Assembly (NCBI GenBank): GCA_002838935.1
Contig: PGXE01000003.1
Location: 1-34,997 of the forward strand
Direction: 5' to 3'
Source of the DNA: Thermoplasmata archaeon HGW-Thermoplasmata-1
GTDB lineage: Archaea > Thermoplasmatota > E2 > GCA-002838935
Length of the DNA stretch: 34,997 bases
This document shows positions 7,782 through 17,437 of the stretch, one piece after another. Below the pieces are notes generated by a model. The model saw only the letters and a program-made list of their open reading frames with translations, was not told the DNA's origin and ran no database searches. Positions within the stretch are counted from its first letter, which is position 1; the number at the start of each line of letters is the position of its first letter. The translations under genes were made by a program, and so were the position numbers.

Positions 7782-9527
7782 ATGGTAAAGATTACGGATA
7801 CGATTCTGAGGGATGCGCACCAGTCGCTGATAGCCACCCGCATGAAGACGGAGGACATGACCCCCGCTCTCGAGAAGATAGACCGGGTTGGCTATCACTC
7901 GATAGAAATGTGGGGCGGCGCCACCTTCGACTCCTGCATGAGATTTTTGGACGAGGACCCGTGGGAACGGTTGAGGATAATTAGGCAAAACGCGCCCAAA
8001 ACCAAACTGCAGATGCTGCTGCGCGGGCAGAACCTCGTCGGCTACAGGCACTACGCCGACGACGTCGTCGGGAAGTTCGTCGAGAAGGCGGCGGAGAACG
8101 GCATCGACATCTTCAGGGTTTTCGATGCGCTTAACGACCCGCGCAACCTGCGGACCGCGCTGAAGTCTGTCCGAAAGAGCGGAAAGCACGCCCAGGCCAC
8201 GATAAGCTACACGATAAGTCCGCTCCACAGCAACGACGTCTTCGTCGCGCTTGGAGAGGAACTCAAGGGGATGGACGCGGACTCAATCTGCATAAAGGAT
8301 ATGGCCGGGCTCATTGCACCCTACGACGCCTACGAACTCGTTTCACGGCTGAAAAAAGAGGTGGGGCTGCCGGTCCAGCTGCATTGCCACTGCACTAGCG
8401 GCATGGCCGAGATGGCCTACCTAAAAGCGATAGAGGCGGGCGCCGACGTTATCGACACCGCGATATCCGCGTTCGCCGGCGGGACGTCTCAGCCGTCGAC
8501 CGAGTCCTTCGTGGCCGCACTAAAGGGGACAAAATACGACACCGGCCTTGACCTCAATCTCATAAGCGAGGTCGCCGAGCACTTCAACTCGATACGCGGC
8601 AAATACGCACAGTTCGAATCCAAGTTCACGGGCGTCGACCCCAACGTGCTCAAGTTCCAGATACCTGGCGGCATGATATCCAATCTGGCAAACCAGCTAA
8701 AGGAGGCTAATGCGCTAGATAAGATGGACGCCGTGCTCGCCGAGGTCCCCCGCGTGAGAAAGGATTTCGGCTATCCCCCGCTTGTCACCCCATCAAGCCA
8801 GATCGTCGGCACCCAGGCCGTGCTCAACGTGATAGGCGGCGAGCGCTACAAGATGACCAGCAAGGAGACAAAGGACTACCTTGCCGGGAGATACGGCAAG
8901 CCTGCGGGCGAGATCGACGCAGAAGTGAGAAAGACGGTCATCGGCGACGAGAAGCCGATTACGGTAAGACCCGCAGATCTGATAGAGCCGGAGTGGCAGA
9001 AACTCGTAAAGGAGGCGGGCAAGCTCGCACACGGCGACGAGGATGTGCTCCTCTACGCCCTTTTCCCCAAGGTGGCCCAGGAGTTCTTCGCAAGGCGCGA
9101 TGCGAAACTAAATCCCCCAAAACCGGTCGAGCCGGTATCCGGCAGATACACGATAACCGTCGGCAAGAACACCTACGAGATAGGCATAGTCGAAGCTGGA
9201 GCCTACGTTGCCGTGCAGGCGGCTCCGCCCGTCGTGCAGACGGCGCAGGCTACGGCAGCTCCGCCCGTTCCAGCGCAATCGCCGCAGGCGGCTGCCGGAG
9301 GGCAGGCAACCTCCGGCAACCTCGTAAAGGCGCCGCTTCCGGGGAAGGTGCTTCGCATAGCGACCAGGGTGGGCGCGCAGGTCAAGAGGGGTAGCCCGCT
9401 CGTGGTGCTCGAGGCGATGAAGATGGAAAACGAGGTTGCAAGCCCGTTTGACGGCGTCGTAAAGTCTGTCAACGTCAGCGAAGGCTCAAGTGTCGGCGCA
9501 GGCGAAACGCTCGTAGTTATAGGGTGA
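7782..9527 (+). CDS. oadA: Oxaloacetate decarboxylase alpha subunit (carboxyltransferase plus biotinyl domain)
   Basis: LRDAHQSL, WGGATFD, IKDMAG, HCH, PLVTPSSQIVG, Ala/Pro linker, biotin site EAMKM; SD GGAGG. Confidence 0.93.
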   Translation: MVKITDTILRDAHQSLIATRMKTEDMTPALEKIDRVGYHSIEMWGGATFDSCMRFLDEDPWERLRIIRQNAPKTKLQMLLRGQNLVGYRHYADDVVGKFVEKAAENGIDIFRVFDALNDPRNLRTALKSVRKSGKHAQATISYTISPLHSNDVFVALGEELKGMDADSICIKDMAGLIAPYDAYELVSRLKKEVGLPVQLHCHCTSGMAEMAYLKAIEAGADVIDTAISAFAGGTSQPSTESFVAALKGTKYDTGLDLNLISEVAEHFNSIRGKYAQFESKFTGVDPNVLKFQIPGGMISNLANQLKEANALDKMDAVLAEVPRVRKDFGYPPLVTPSSQIVGTQAVLNVIGGERYKMTSKETKDYLAGRYGKPAGEIDAEVRKTVIGDEKPITVRPADLIEPEWQKLVKEAGKLAHGDEDVLLYALFPKVAQEFFARRDAKLNPPKPVEPVSGRYTITVGKNTYEIGIVEAGAYVAVQAAPPVVQTAQATAAPPVPAQSPQAAAGGQATSGNLVKAPLPGKVLRIATRVGAQVKRGSPLVVLEAMKMENEVASPFDGVVKSVNVSEGSSVGAGETLVVIG

Positions 9528-9533
9528 TGTGCC

Positions 9534-10682
9534 ATGGACGTAGGACAGGCCTTTGAAAGTCTGCTGGGCCAGACCGGCTTTGCGAACTTCACGTGGGGAG
9601 AGGCGGCCATGGTGGCAATAGGCTGCGTGCTTCTTTTCCTTGCGATAGTGAAGAAATACGAACCGCTCCTGCTCATCCCGATAGCGATAGGCGTCATATT
9701 CGTAAACATCCCCGTCGCCGACATGATGGGCGATGCGAGCCCGTTCCACCTAGTTTACAAATACGGGATAAAGAGCGGGCTTTTTCCGCTGATAATATTC
9801 ATGGGCGTCGGCGCTCTGACCGACTTCGGGCCCCTGCTCTCGAACCCGAAGACAATGCTCCTTGGGGCTGCGGCGCAGTTCGGCATATTCGGCACCCTCA
9901 TAGGCGCTCTCGCCCTAGGATACATCCCCGGGCTTGGCATAGATTTCACCCTGGCAGAGGCGGCCTCGATAGGCATAATCGGCGGAGCGGACGGGCCCAC
10001 ATCCATATACACGGCCACCCGCCTTGCGCCCCACCTTCTCGGGCCTATCGCGGTGGCGGCGTACTCATACATGGCGCTCGTGCCGCTAATCCAGCCTCCG
10101 ATAATGCGCGCGCTGACAACGAAAAAAGAACGCATGGTGCGCATGCCGAATATCGACAGCGTGCCAAAGTCGGTGAAGATACTCTTTCCGCTAATGGTCA
10201 TGCTTTCGTGCGCCATTCTCATCCCGAGCGCGATGCCCCTGATTGGAATGCTCATGCTGGGCAACCTGTTTCGGGAGTGCGGCGTGGTCGACAGGCTTCT
10301 TGGATCGGCGCAAAACGAGATAATAAACATATCCACCATATTCCTAGGCATAGGCGTCGGCGGGACCATGACCGCCAAAAGCTTCCTTAGCCCTTCGACG
10401 CTCGGCATATTCCTGCTCGGACTCATCGCCTTCTCGGTGGGAACAGCCACGGGCGTCCTCTTCGGCAAGCTCATGTGCAAGCTCTCCGGCGGAAAGGTGA
10501 ACCCCCTCATAGGCGCGGCGGGCGTGTCCGCAGTCCCGATGGCGGCACGCGTGGTGCAGAAGGTGGGCAGGGAATACGATCCTGACAACTACCTGCTCAT
10601 GCACGCGATGGGCCCGAACGTTGCAGGAGTCATAGGCTCTGCCGTTGCGGCAGGCGTGCTGATAGCGATATTGGGGGCGTAA
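9534..10682 (+). CDS. oadB: Na+-translocating decarboxylase beta subunit
   Basis: [50 protein letters not shown]. Confidence 0.96.
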   Translation: MDVGQAFESLLGQTGFANFTWGEAAMVAIGCVLLFLAIVKKYEPLLLIPIAIGVIFVNIPVADMMGDASPFHLVYKYGIKSGLFPLIIFMGVGALTDFGPLLSNPKTMLLGAAAQFGIFGTLIGALALGYIPGLGIDFTLAEAASIGIIGGADGPTSIYTATRLAPHLLGPIAVAAYSYMALVPLIQPPIMRALTTKKERMVRMPNIDSVPKSVKILFPLMVMLSCAILIPSAMPLIGMLMLGNLFRECGVVDRLLGSAQNEIINISTIFLGIGVGGTMTAKSFLSPSTLGIFLLGLIAFSVGTATGVLFGKLMCKLSGGKVNPLIGAAGVSAVPMAARVVQKVGREYDPDNYLLMHAMGPNVAGVIGSAVAAGVLIAILGA

Positions 10683-10710
10683 GGGATTTTTAGACTCTTT
10701 TTATTTTCAA

Positions 10711-13700
10711 TTAAAACGCTGCGGGCAATACGGCTTTTCCAAAAATATGCGGCCCCGCTTGCCGCATCCCGCACTCTGGCTTTTCAGGAAATTTCATGAT
10801 GAGAGTGGCGTAATCCGGATCATTGGGTTTTGTTATGTAACCATCAAGACCTGAATTCACTTCCTCGAAATCTCCAAACCCGTCTCCGTCTGAATCAGGC
10901 GATAACGGGTTTGTTATATAACCGTCCGTGCCTGTTTCGACCTCTTCGCCGTCCAGGATTTTGTCGTCATCGCTGTCAGGGCGGAGCGGGTCTGTGTAAT
11001 GGATTTTGATTTCTGCCCCGTCGTCAAGCAGGTCGTTGTCGCTGTCGGCGTCCCTCGGGTCGCAGTAGTTCCTGTATTCCTCTATGTTCACGAGGTTGTC
11101 GCCGTCTGGGTCGTCGTATGCGTCCGGGTTGGTCGGGTTCGTTAGCATATCGACTTCCCACCTGTCAGGCATTTCGTCGTCGTCCGTGTCCCACTTGTGG
11201 GGGTCTGTCCCGTGGATCTTTACTTCTTCGTAATCGTAGAGTGCGTCGCGGTCTGTGTCTATGTTGTTGCAGTGCGTCCCGTATATTTTGAGTTCGTCGA
11301 AGTCGCCAAGGCCGTCGAAGTCCGTATCTGTCAGGACGGGGTCGGAGTGCCGCTCGACATCCCACTCGAACGTGTCGAACTCCTCGCCGTCCGAAAGCTT
11401 GTCGGAATCGCTGTCCCAGTCCTGTATGTTGGGTATGCCGTCTCCGTCGATGTCCCCCATCGGGTCGAGCTTTCTCGACGAGAGGTAGCCGAGCCAGAAC
11501 GCTATCTCCTTGCCGTCCTCAAGGCCGTCGCCGTCCGTGTCCGCGAGCCATGGCAGGGTCATGCCGTACTGGACTTCGAGGCCGTCGCGCATGTCAATGA
11601 AGGTCTCGCCCTCTATGAAGGTGTCCTTGTCGCTGTCTGGGTCAAGTATGTTGGGCAATCCGTTTCCGTCAGAATCGCTGTTCGGGTCTATGCCGTTGGC
11701 CAGCCAGTAGCTCACCTCGGCCCCGTCCATGAACTCGTCGTCGTCGGTGTCGGGGTCGAGCGGGTCTGTGAAGTAGGTATATATCTCGTAGCCGTCGATC
11801 AGCCGATCGTCATCCGTGTCTGCGTCGAGCGGGTCGGTGCCGTAATGGTAAACCTCGTCTGCGTCAGCCACGAGGTCGTCGTCGCTGTCTATGTCGAATG
11901 GATTGGTTCCCATCCGAACCTCGTCCACGTTGGAAAGCCCGTCGCTGTCGGTATCGACCGCGATGTCGATGATGTCGTCCTCGTCGGGAGCGAAGAATTT
12001 CATCTCATCGATATCCTGCTGGTCTTCGACAAGCTCGTCTGTGTGCCAGTTGACGAAGACAGGCGAAGCCGTTGTCTTGTCGAAGACGAGGTCCTTGCCG
12101 CCCACCCGCATCTCAAGCCCCTCGATTACGAGGGGGGTGCTGGCATCCGGCGAGACGTCTCCTGTCACCACCGTGTTGGCTATATTCAGCTGAAGGTCGC
12201 GGTGCTCGTTCGGTATAACGCTTATCTGCCACGTGCCGTCGCAGGGGTGGCCTTCGAGGTGGGTAAGGTCGAGCTGGAGCGTCCATATCTCTTCTTCCGC
12301 AATGGTCTCGTAAAGCTCGTTGCGCGTGCCCTGTATCGAGGATTCCGCCTGAAGTGCGTCTATGTTGTATTCCCGGAGCAGGTTTAGAAGGTCGGAGCCC
12401 GCCAGATCCGCTTCGTATATTATGTCTGCATCGATGCTGTCCCCCAGCACCCTCGACGAAAGCGTCACGTCCCTGTCCGTCTTCTGTATGTTGTATAGCT
12501 GGAGGTCCCCGAGTTCGAGGAACTGGATGTTGCAGTCGCGGGTGTAATGGATATTCTCAACAACAGCAAGCTCGCCCGCAGTGATCGAGTATTTGGTGGC
12601 AGCCGCGTTTTCCAGCATGGCATTTTTCATTACCAGGGTTCCGCCATCTATCATCAGTTTCTGGCTTTCGGTCTGCTCGTCGTTTACCTGCCTGCAGGAA
12701 AGCTCCCCGTATTCAATGTTGTATTTCGTCTTTTCGTAGTGGTCGTCTTTCGCTTCGAGCAGGGTGAGGGTCCCGCTGTCGATATACGCCCTTTCCAGAT
12801 TTCCTGCCTCGTCGTTGAGTTCGATGAGATCAACGCAGGTTTGAAGAACGAGGGCGCGGGTCTGGCCGCTGGCCGCGTCGTTCGACTTCCCTAGCTCAAG
12901 GAATCCCTCGTCCGCGAGAAGGCGGCTTTCGGCAAAGCGGTCGTCCGCGGCATCGTAGAGGACAAGGCGGTCGTCTATCACATCGTAATGGTATTTATTG
13001 GCGATGCCGGTCAAAAGGTCCCTTGCCGTGATATCAGTCTCCCTGACAGTGACCTCGTAGCGGTCGAGCAGGGTGGAAAGTTGGCTCTTGCCGACCTGTT
13101 GGATTATGCCGTCCTTGAGAAGGGCCGCGTTCAGTTGCCTGCCGACATCTATGATCTCCCCTGAATCCGAAAGGATATCCATCTGGGAATCCAGTATCGT
13201 GTCGAACTGCTGCAGCGCATCAATGGTCTCCCCGTCGGCGTCCTCTTCCCTGATCGACCCGAGTATCTCATCCATCATATGAAGCGCGTCGAGCGTGGCC
13301 CCGTTCAAAAGGTCCCTGTCCGCGGCATCGAGCAGATCACCTATCTCATAAAACCGGCCCGCGGTTCCGGGGTCAAAACCTGAACCATCAAGGGAATCGA
13401 GTATCGAGTCCGCGCCCTTGAACGCGTTCAGCGCGGAAAGTGAGGAAGAGCGTTCGTCTATCGTGGCCAAGAGCGCGTTTATCTCCATTACATCCCTGAA
13501 GGATCCCGCGTCCAGAGACGACAGTTCCACAGAGCCCAGTATCGATTCCGCTTTTTGCATCTGGCCGAGCGCGTCACCGTCTATCGACGTTCGCCCCATT
13601 GAATCCAGAATAAGGTCGAGCTGCTGGAGCTTCTGCAGTGTTCCCAGGTTAACGGCTTCGCGGTCTATTGAGGCAAGCGCGACGTTCATGTTTTGCAACT

Positions 13701-15954
13701 CTTCGAGAAGTCCCGCGTTGACGCCCGCGCCCGTGAACGAAAGGCTGCCGATCCCCTTTGTCCGGGGTGTTGTGCTACCCAACTCTAAAGTTGAAGCGGA
13801 GAACGCCGATGTGATGGCGTCCGGAAGCGATTCCGAGTCCGTCACGAACGCATTGGATGAAAGGCTGCCGAAAGATACTTTATCGAGTATGCGGGTTCTG
13901 TCCGAAATGACCGATGCCGCACTGCGGTCTATAACGAGATACGCGCTTTCCAGGGCTTCCAGTGATACTCCGTCCACCACGATCGCGCCGCTTCGGATGG
14001 CCTGATATATATCCTCGTCGCCGTCGCTTTTTTCGTTCTTTAATCTGGTCAGGGCGGCTTCGTCAAGGACACTGATCGCCGACTGGGCGCTGTCTAGCTT
14101 TTCGTCGACCGAGCCGCTTCCTTCATCCATACTCTCGAACGCCTCGCGCTCCAGCATGACCGGCCCGGAAGAAAGCAGCCCAACGGCGGCCTCGTCCACG
14201 ATCAGAGAAGTCCCTTCCATGTCGTCAAATATGCTTCGTTCCAGGGCTATGGCCTGGGCATCCATGTTTTCCAACGCCTCTTTTTTGATGATTATGTAAC
14301 CGTTCAAAAGCTGGGATATCGCAGTCTGGTGCCCTTCTTCTGATATATCGTCTATGGTGAGTGAGCCCTGATCTATCGAATACGCGAACGTCCGGGAAAG
14401 ATCGGTCGCCGAGTCGCTTAGAAGTATATTTTTGGATTCGACAGCCAGATTAAGGTTGTCAGAACTCAGCGAGATTGCATCGGTCAGGATTACGTTTTCT
14501 GCATCGACAGAGTAGTCTGCGGCGTAGCAAGAACTTGTTACTGCATCATGCACCACTATATTATTCGAATCTGCCGCGAACATCATGTTGTAATTCATGG
14601 CGTCCGATATGTCGTAGAACCTCAGTTCTGAATCCTCGACCGCATACGTGCATAACTGGGACGATTGCCCGGTACGGTCCACCGCTATCATGGTTCCGCG
14701 CGTATTGTATAGTTTTGTATCCTGGCTGAGGCGGGCGGTGCGAAGCGAGTTGCTCCTTTTGATCATATCTTCGTTATACCGGACATCCCCGATCTCGAAA
14801 TGGCGTTTTTCGTTGAGCGAATATATCGCCGAATCCGCTGTTTCATCTGTCTTTTGCAATGCGCCGTCAATTAGACCGCTCACATCCCTCATGACGTCGT
14901 CTTCTACTCCGTAGACGCCTTCGAGCAGGGCGCCCTGGGGCAAAACATCCCCAAGCTTGAATGTCTTTATCTCCGTGAAGCCGTCCGGCGCGGTTATGGC
15001 GAACACAACCTCATCGTTGGTTTTAAGCGATTCTGAATTTGAATTTATGTAGGCATAGATCCGGTCGCCTTCCATGACAGAAACAGAACTGTCAGATGCC
15101 GGATAAACCATCCCGTTTTCTGGAGGAGCCGGGGTTTTGGCATCCGAGTTCTTCAGCGTCAGGCCAAGAGAATTTATCGTGTCGTTCACGATGTCCAGCG
15201 CCCCGTCACCATAATCGCGGGCTGTGGTTTGGGCATTGGATACGACAGTTGACGATGCGTCCAGCACCATGTCGAAGACTGCGGGCGTGTCGGACACGAA
15301 TCCTGCTGCGGTGTCGGTGCCGGACGGTAGATTCAGGGTTTTTCCGGCATCCCTTATCTCGCCGTAATCCACTATCTGGTTGCTTACCGTGATAACGTAG
15401 TCGAGCGAATCGGAAACGAACTCGAAAACCACGTCGAGGTTTTCTGCGCTGCCTTCCGAATCCGCAAGAAGAATGTTCGCGAAATAGCGTTTATCCAAAG
15501 GTCTGAGGCCTTCTAATGCAATGGTGGTTCCCGCAATCCTCACCGGAAGCTCGTCGTTGCTGAATGATATTTCCGGGCGGTCCAGATTGGCGAACGATAT
15601 GGTTGAACCCATGCTTGGCGTTATGCTGAATGTGTTGGTTCCTTCGCGTACAAAGAATAGCAACTTATTCACACAATCTGCTTTCAGGTATTCCGGGACC
15701 CCGTTGATCGTAAAGTCTCTCATATCCCCATCAACAGTGAAGAGCAGTATCGTGTCTTCTTTTGCCGTGGTCACAAAATTCACAGGCATGGGCAGTGAGT
15801 TCACGGTATAGATAAAAGGTATGTCCCCCAACTCGTCAAGATTGATATTCACTGTGCTCTGCTGGATTGCAGAAACTGCGACTGGCACCAAAAAGCTGGC
15901 GACTATCATTACTACAAATAGCTTGCTTGCGGTTCCCCCGATTAGTTTCATCAT
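10711..15954 (-). CDS. Giant secreted acidic multi-repeat protein with C-terminal Ca2+-binding DxDxDG (bacterial TSP3-like) repeats
   Basis: Start reassigned to the ATG cluster at 15951-15960 after SD GGAGG; signal peptide-like KLFVVMIVASFLVPVAVSA; more than 15 D(T/S)DxD(G/x)(L/x)xDxxE units at 10813-11955. Confidence 0.88.
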   Translation of the reverse strand: MMKLIGGTASKLFVVMIVASFLVPVAVSAIQQSTVNINLDELGDIPFIYTVNSLPMPVNFVTTAKEDTILLFTVDGDMRDFTINGVPEYLKADCVNKLLFFVREGTNTFSITPSMGSTISFANLDRPEISFSNDELPVRIAGTTIALEGLRPLDKRYFANILLADSEGSAENLDVVFEFVSDSLDYVITVSNQIVDYGEIRDAGKTLNLPSGTDTAAGFVSDTPAVFDMVLDASSTVVSNAQTTARDYGDGALDIVNDTINSLGLTLKNSDAKTPAPPENGMVYPASDSSVSVMEGDRIYAYINSNSESLKTNDEVVFAITAPDGFTEIKTFKLGDVLPQGALLEGVYGVEDDVMRDVSGLIDGALQKTDETADSAIYSLNEKRHFEIGDVRYNEDMIKRSNSLRTARLSQDTKLYNTRGTMIAVDRTGQSSQLCTYAVEDSELRFYDISDAMNYNMMFAADSNNIVVHDAVTSSCYAADYSVDAENVILTDAISLSSDNLNLAVESKNILLSDSATDLSRTFAYSIDQGSLTIDDISEEGHQTAISQLLNGYIIIKKEALENMDAQAIALERSIFDDMEGTSLIVDEAAVGLLSSGPVMLEREAFESMDEGSGSVDEKLDSAQSAISVLDEAALTRLKNEKSDGDEDIYQAIRSGAIVVDGVSLEALESAYLVIDRSAASVISDRTRILDKVSFGSLSSNAFVTDSESLPDAITSAFSASTLELGSTTPRTKGIGSLSFTGAGVNAGLLEELQNMNVALASIDREAVNLGTLQKLQQLDLILDSMGRTSIDGDALGQMQKAESILGSVELSSLDAGSFRDVMEINALLATIDERSSSLSALNAFKGADSILDSLDGSGFDPGTAGRFYEIGDLLDAADRDLLNGATLDALHMMDEILGSIREEDADGETIDALQQFDTILDSQMDILSDSGEIIDVGRQLNAALLKDGIIQQVGKSQLSTLLDRYEVTVRETDITARDLLTGIANKYHYDVIDDRLVLYDAADDRFAESRLLADEGFLELGKSNDAASGQTRALVLQTCVDLIELNDEAGNLERAYIDSGTLTLLEAKDDHYEKTKYNIEYGELSCRQVNDEQTESQKLMIDGGTLVMKNAMLENAAATKYSITAGELAVVENIHYTRDCNIQFLELGDLQLYNIQKTDRDVTLSSRVLGDSIDADIIYEADLAGSDLLNLLREYNIDALQAESSIQGTRNELYETIAEEEIWTLQLDLTHLEGHPCDGTWQISVIPNEHRDLQLNIANTVVTGDVSPDASTPLVIEGLEMRVGGKDLVFDKTTASPVFVNWHTDELVEDQQDIDEMKFFAPDEDDIIDIAVDTDSDGLSNVDEVRMGTNPFDIDSDDDLVADADEVYHYGTDPLDADTDDDRLIDGYEIYTYFTDPLDPDTDDDEFMDGAEVSYWLANGIDPNSDSDGNGLPNILDPDSDKDTFIEGETFIDMRDGLEVQYGMTLPWLADTDGDGLEDGKEIAFWLGYLSSRKLDPMGDIDGDGIPNIQDWDSDSDKLSDGEEFDTFEWDVERHSDPVLTDTDFDGLGDFDELKIYGTHCNNIDTDRDALYDYEEVKIHGTDPHKWDTDDDEMPDRWEVDMLTNPTNPDAYDDPDGDNLVNIEEYRNYCDPRDADSDNDLLDDGAEIKIHYTDPLRPDSDDDKILDGEEVETGTDGYITNPLSPDSDGDGFGDFEEVNSGLDGYITKPNDPDYATLIMKFPEKPECGMRQAGPHIFGKAVLPAAF

Positions 15955-16147
15955 ATTCATTCCTCCATCGGTTGATGCAAGACGGGGGATGGCAAGGGTT
16001 TTACTTAAGCTTTGTTTGACGAGTTTTGTCGTTGAAGGCTTTGTTTTACTCTCCTGGATTTTTGCTTGGCACCCTTTTCGCCCTAAAATCAGGTTTAATA
16101 AAAAGAAGGTTGTTTGATGCGTCAAAACCCGCTTTTCACAAAGGGAT

Positions 16148-17275
16148 TCAAAACGGCGTATTCGCGCTCAGTTCCAGTATCGCCGCTTCAAGCGTCCTGC
16201 CTACCGCTTCGAGTGTTTGCGCAGAACAGTCCTCCGGCGTGTCCCGCGTCGTGTGCCAGGTTTCCGGGAAAGGGGCGTGCTCGATTATGTCCACCGCATG
16301 TATCCCCCGCGTCTGGAACGGGATGTGGTCGTCGATGACGCCGCCTTCTGTGGAATTCAAAAACTGGGCGTAACCCAGTCTTGCCGCCGCGTTCCATATC
16401 ATATCGTTAAGCCAGGGGTTTCCGCGCCCCTGCTGCCATTCGGAATAATGCTCCCGCGTGAAGGTCGCGTTGATTCCTCCGACCATATCCACGAGTATCA
16501 TGCCGATCGTGTTGTTGACCTCCTCTTCGCTCATCCTCCCTGCGTGGTATTGCGAGCCGAGACACCAGTCGTATCCCTCGCTTCCCCAATATGCGCCGCT
16601 ATCCTCAAAGTCGAAGAAGACGAACTTTATCGTGAAGTTCAGGCTTGCTTTTGAAAGCGCTCGCGCGAGTTCCAAAAGAACGGCGACCCCGCTCGCGCCG
16701 TCGTTTGCGCCAAGGACGGGCGTATCCGGGTCGCGGTAATCCCCCTGCCCGTAATAGGCCGGGCGGTCTGCCCAGGGTCTCGTGTCGTAGTGCGCACCCA
16801 ATATGAGGGTCTTTGGCGCGGTAAGGTTTTGCGGCGCTCCGCCCGTGCCAAGCGTCTGTTCTATAGCCGCGCGAAGCCATTCCGCCGAGGTCATCGCCCC
16901 GACGACGTTGTGGTATCCTGTTCCGTTGACAGGCACACCGTCCGGGTCGAGCGTGAAGTTCTCAAGATAACTGAACTCTTCTGCGCTGCCCGCCGGCAAT
17001 AGCGCGTTCTGCATGAGTTCGCCGGCTATGGCGTTCGCTATCCGGCTGTTTCCCTCGCTCCCCGGTTGGCGGTAGATGGGTTGCGCTTCGTCGAACGCGC
17101 CCGCAACATCGTCGTATTCGTAGCACTGCCTCAATATCCAGTCGTATGCATTTTCTCCACTGAAACAAAGGGCCTCCTCTCCGCCGGCAGGGTCGTCTTT
17201 CGATACGCACCCGGACGACATTGTCGCCGCAACGAGGAGGATGGCGAGTGTAAAAACCGCGATTTTTGCATTCAT
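16148..17275 (-). CDS. M28-family metallopeptidase / glutaminyl cyclase-like lipoprotein
   Basis: Lipobox SSGC; GAHYDTR, GANDGASG, FFDFED, LVDMVG, DDHIPF, WHT. Confidence 0.9.
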   Translation of the reverse strand: MNAKIAVFTLAILLVAATMSSGCVSKDDPAGGEEALCFSGENAYDWILRQCYEYDDVAGAFDEAQPIYRQPGSEGNSRIANAIAGELMQNALLPAGSAEEFSYLENFTLDPDGVPVNGTGYHNVVGAMTSAEWLRAAIEQTLGTGGAPQNLTAPKTLILGAHYDTRPWADRPAYYGQGDYRDPDTPVLGANDGASGVAVLLELARALSKASLNFTIKFVFFDFEDSGAYWGSEGYDWCLGSQYHAGRMSEEEVNNTIGMILVDMVGGINATFTREHYSEWQQGRGNPWLNDMIWNAAARLGYAQFLNSTEGGVIDDHIPFQTRGIHAVDIIEHAPFPETWHTTRDTPEDCSAQTLEAVGRTLEAAILELSANTPF

Positions 17276-17437
17276 CTTATCGCCGTTGCATTGCCTTTGG
17301 GCTCATTAAGTTTTGTGCGGCCTAAAAACAAATGGCCCTCCGGCGCCGCCCGCGCCATGCGCGCGCCTTCCATTACAAGGTTTTTAATCCTGTTCGTGAT
17401 ACGGGTTTCCGTCTTCGTTTAAAACAAGGTGGTGTAA

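Noticed and set aside
7729..7788. 19-codon ORF bridging oadG and oadA
   Set aside because: Too short with no recognisable motif; oadA has its own SD.
11197..12387. 396-aa Val-rich plus-strand ORF and other long antisense ORFs
   Set aside because: Shadow frames of well-supported genes in GC-rich DNA; GTC is the mirror of Asp GAC codons.
15961..16125. N-terminal extension of the 1804-aa ORF
   Set aside because: Lies upstream of a clear SD, ATG cluster and signal peptide, and contains promoter-like AT tracts.
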